Positions 58,505-64,000 of a stretch of 64,000 nt of DNA are shown here, one piece after another; within the stretch, counting starts at the first letter, position 1, and each line of letters opens with the position of its first letter. A model generated the notes under the pieces. The model was given only the letters and a program-made list of their open reading frames with translations, had not been told where the DNA came from and did no database searches. This DNA comes from Octopus vulgaris (lineage: Eukaryota). The stretch is from assembly GCA_951406725.2 (NCBI GenBank), contig OX597832.1:42904001-42968000 (forward strand), written 5' to 3'. A program made the translations under genes and the position numbers.

Positions 58505-58575
<71 letters not shown>

Positions 58576-59094
58576 GCATGTACGTACGTATGTAGGCATG
58601 TATATTTCTCATCGTTACTATAAATAGTCGACTTTGCTGCTCATCCTTTCGGGGTCGATTAAATAAGTACCAGTTGAGTACTGGGGGCCGATGCAATCGA
58701 CTTATCCCCTCTCCCAAAATGGCTGCCGTTGAGTCAAAATTTAAAATCGTTGTTAGCGCTCATCATTTTATGTCATACTTCATCCATCACATCCTATGAT
58801 CAACGACATACGTAGGACCTACATTATCCATCCAGTAATTCCCTTTTCTATGTTCAAAACAGTCAGGAGTTAATAAAGAGAAAGTTGGCTGCTACTTCTA
58901 GCAACCGGCGTCATGGAGAAGTGTTCTAGTGACTATTTGGCTGGATCAGTTGTTGCATAAGATCCAAGTCTGAATAAATTAAGGGGAGAAACGCATTGAT
59001 AGTACAATATGTACAACGTAACCTTTAACATTGATGCATTAGTAGACTGCAAACATACAGGACATATTCGCCATATACACATACACACACACGC

Positions 59095-59127
<33 letters not shown>

Positions 59128-59424
59128 GATGCATTCAATCATGTGACTATACGCATTACGCATGTGTGTATATATAAATGTTGTAAGTATATATATGTGC
59201 GTGTATGTGCGCCCGTTTGTGTGTGTATAAAGATACATCTGAGCTCATTAATTGATAAACACATAATAGGTAAAATATTGATATATATGCTTTTAAAATG
59301 TGTGCCTTCCTCTCTTTCTTTCTGTACATGTGTGTGCATGCGCGTGAGGGGGTGCGTGTGATATAGACATATATTCGCGTATACAGACACACACAGTCAG
59401 ACACACACATGTATATATGTATGT

Positions 59425-59456
<32 letters not shown>

Positions 59457-59655
59457 TATATATATATATATTTAAATTATATATATAATATATATATATA
59501 TATTATATATATATATATATTATATATATATATTTAAATTATATATATATTTATATATATATGTATGTATGTATGTGAATATGTATGTATGCATGTATGT
59601 ATGCATGTATGTATGTATTTATGAATGTATTTATGTATGTATGTATGTATGTATG

Positions 59656-59686
<31 letters not shown>

Positions 59687-60194
59687 ATATTTATGTATGT
59701 ATTCATGTATGTATGTATGTATGTATGTATGTATGTATGTATGTATGTATGTATGTATGTATAAATGTGCAACCACAACATTGTATGAGCGTGGGTGTGT
59801 AAGTAAATGTATAATTCAAGTATGATTTCGAAACTTATAGCTATTCCCTTTCTCTCTCTATTTTATGCGGTGGCGTCATATGTGTGTGTGTGTGTAAGGG
59901 AGAGAGACAGAGAGAGAGAGAAAGTGAAAGAGAGTATGCGTGTGTGTGTGCATGTGTGTACATAAAAGTATTCATAAATATACACGTACATACACGCATA
60001 TATGTGTGCATATGTATATAGATGTGCGTCTGTATATATACATACAAACACACACAAACACATATATATATACACATATATACACATAGACATACGTACA
60101 TACATACATACATCCAAATACATATGCATGCAGAAACACACATACACGCATATATATATTTACACACACACACACATACACACACACATACACA

Positions 60195-60263
<69 letters not shown>

Positions 60264-60327
60264 CATATATACATGCACGTATATTATATATATATATATA
60301 TATGTATGTATATATATATGTGTATAT

Positions 60328-60361
<34 letters not shown>

Positions 60362-60370
60362 ATGCATATA

Positions 60371-60427
<57 letters not shown>

Positions 60428-60524
60428 CTATATATAAATATATATAAAATGCTGATACAATTATAGATTTATACATATATATATATGTACATGCATACAC
60501 ACACTTACATACGCATACATATAT

Positions 60525-60578
<54 letters not shown>

Positions 60579-61446
60579 GAAGCACACATATAAGCATAGA
60601 TTTATTTTGTGTATATCTTCATTATGTATGTTTACAGAAATGAAAATAGAAAATCTATAAAAAGGGTATAAAAAAAACCCAGAAAAGAAACGCCAATTAC
60701 AAGAGCAAAGACAACAATAAAAACAACAACAGCATCATCAGCAGCATCAGCAGCATCAACGATTACGATATCTACAACAACAACCAATTATCTTTACTAA
60801 AGTTACGCAAAACACACACACACACACACAAAGCATAAAAAAAAATTAATAAAAAATGATTTACGCACAAAAAGAAGCGAACCAATAAAACCTAGAATTC
60901 TCCCGAAATTCACAAGTCTTAGAACTCGTCTGATTGCACAGATGTGAGTCACCGTTAATGTTAACAGTTGTGTCTTCATTTATTACTACAGCGGTGTTGT
61001 TGTTGCTGTTATTGTAGCTGTTGTTGCTTCTCTTAATATTTCTGTTCGTGCTGTAGTTTTACTTTCTTTTATATAACGTTTTTTTTTCTGTATCCCACAA
61101 TATATCCGCCATTTTGATATTGTTTCGTCGTAACTGAGAACAGTTTGAAAGAAGTGAATGATAGCGTAATATACCAAGCTTCTATGAAGTGTGGGCGAGT
61201 GGTGCAGACGGTCAGAGCATGAATTTTCCTTTCATTATTACAATGAAGTGTAAGGCGGCGATCTGGCAGAGCCGTTAGCATGTCGGTCAAAATGCTGAAC
61301 GGCATTTCGTCCGTCTTTAGTTTCTGGGTTCAAATTTGACCGAAATTGACTTTGCCCTTCATCTTTTAAGGTGTAATCGACTTACCCCATCCCCCAAATT
61401 TCAGGCCTTCTGACTTTAGTATTAATGATTATTATTATTATTATTG

Positions 61447-61604
<158 letters not shown>

Positions 61605-61626
61605 GTTGTTATTATTATTATTATTA

Positions 61627-61829
61627 CAAATTTTCTTCCGTTTCTCGCCGGGTGTTTTCCATACACCTAGGGCAGAGAAGCTCATTGTATGCATTCCCAG
61701 ATTACACACGCAAATTCACAGATAAAAATATGTATTTAAAAATTTTTAAATAAATAAATTCATGGATGGATGTTGTTTTCACAGCGATAATGCTCTTCTC
61801 AGTACATGAGCCGTTCCAGTGAATACGAT
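61627..61829 (-). mobile_element. 5'-truncated stub of an R4/Dong-related LINE in (TAA)n
   Basis: Minus strand 61829-61779 encodes IVFTGTAHVLRRALSL*. The 3' UTR is similar to the 50543 stub (CCCTAGG...ACAC(T/C)CGG). (ATT)n flanks both sides. Confidence 0.85.
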
Positions 61830-61851
61830 TATTATTATTATTATTATTATA

Positions 61852-61885
<34 letters not shown>

Positions 61886-62627
61886 GCTACTTTCTGAGTT
61901 CAAATTCCGTCGAAGTACCAGTGAAACACTAGGGGTCGATGTAATCGTCTATCCCCGATAGAATAAGTACTAGGCTTACAAAGAATAAGTCCCGGGGTCG
62001 ATTTGCACGACTAAAGGCGGTGCTACAGCATGGCCGCAGTCAAATGACTGAAACAAGTAAAAGAGTATCGAGAATAATATTATTGATTATGTTATCCCAT
62101 TCTTTAAGACGATATTGCGTGAATTGAGGGAGATTTGGTTGCTATTTCTAGCAGATCGATCATTACTTAGAATATCCTGAACATCTAGAAGTGGAGAGAG
62201 AAAAGACATGTCGGAGAGACATTTGGACACTCTGCTATGCTAGCAGTAATTACGTATATGATTAGTTAATTAATTCGTTCATAATTAATTCATCATTACT
62301 TCAGGCTGTTTGTTGTGTCTTTCAATGTTTGACATATCGATATATCGATATTTTCGAGTTACCTTCTTTCTTGGCAACTTAAAAGCATACACGCACGCAC
62401 GCCCGAGAGCAAACACATACACACACAACCACACACGTGCACACACATGTACTCACACATGCACGCACGTACGCATATTCACACAAACATATACACACAC
62501 GCAGACATGTGCAGATATTCACACACTGTTATGTGTCTGTGTATGTAAGTGTGTATGAATGTGTGTGTGTGTGTGCCTGTGTATGTGAATGTGTGGTTGA
62601 GCGCGTGTAAATATATATATAGAGAGA

Positions 62628-63346
<719 letters not shown>

Positions 63347-63567
63347 TATACTACGAGGTTATGAATCCTGCAGACAGGTGTAATAGAAGAGTAATCCTCA
63401 AGTAGCAGCATAGTGATAAAAGCGTGACATAAAGGGCGTTTGTATTGAAGTCAACAATCGGTCAAGCAAGCTTCTAGGTAGTTTTCGTCGACCTGGATTC
63501 AGTTTTGATTCGATTTGCAATGACAAAAGTGTTGCCTTACAAGCCTTGCAGTCGAATCAATCCTGTG

Positions 63568-63644
63568 ACATCCTGATCACGAAAGGAATTTCTGATCTAT
63601 TTACCTATGTCTGTATCAATATCTGTCTATCTACCTGGCTCCTT

Positions 63645-63682
<38 letters not shown>

Positions 63683-63826
63683 CATATATACACACACATA
63701 TATATATATACACATATATATATATGTGTGTGTACATGTAGAGACAGAGAGAGAGAGTGAAAGAGAGACAGATATTGATACAGACATAGATAAACAGATC
63801 AGAAATTCCTTTCGTGATCAGGATGT
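63568..63826. repeat. Inverted repeat with 61-bp arms around a microsatellite core
   Basis: 63568-63628 versus 63766-63826 shows 2 mismatches. The inner (TC)n and (GA)n tracts are also complementary. Confidence 0.92.
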
Positions 63827-64000
63827 ACATAGGTACCTGTATGTATGTCTATATATATATATATATATGTATATGTATGTATATATATATATATATACAT
63901 ATATAGTAGAAGACACTTGCCCAAGGTGCCATGCAGTGGAACTGAACCCGGAATCATGTAGTTTGAAAGCAAGCAACTTACCACACACCCACTTCTGCAC

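Larger units (their letters stand above)
57743..58510 (+). repeat. Tandem repeat with a 362-bp unit (about 2.1 copies) carrying hammerhead motifs; retrozyme-like or Penelope-terminal-repeat-like
   Basis: ATAAGAATGCC recurs at 57751, 58113 and 58475. The units look identical by eye. The array ends in (TA)n. Confidence 0.92.

Noticed and set aside
57743-58510. Possible CRISPR-like array
   Set aside because: Whole 362-bp units repeat without unique spacers, no cas genes are present, and the context is eukaryotic.

Overview
AT-rich, microsatellite-dense eukaryotic DNA, apparently intronic or intergenic. The SINE families and repeat landscape look like coleoid cephalopod (probably Octopus) DNA; this is an inference. 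I recognise no host protein-coding gene, and nearly all listed ORFs are translations of microsatellites or SINEs. The main feature is a nearly intact, minus-strand, restriction-like-endonuclease (RLE) non-LTR retrotransposon of the R4/Dong type (about 41998-46180). Its ~1270-codon ORF is split by one frameshift. It sits inside a (TAA)n array that runs about 2.3 kb from its 3' end. Two 5'-truncated stubs of related elements sit in other (TAA)n tracts. A second, less obvious system is a set of small elements in or beside (TA)n tracts that carry minimal type I hammerhead-ribozyme motifs. These include an apparently perfect 362-bp tandem dimer (57743-58510) that resembles a non-LTR retrozyme or a Penelope-like terminal repeat. 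The window also holds several tRNA-derived SINE families with swapped heads and tails, mariner, Tc1 and pogo remnants, a non-autonomous Helitron, a CR1-like LINE end and three long fold-back inverted repeats. Boundaries were read by eye and may be off by a few bases.
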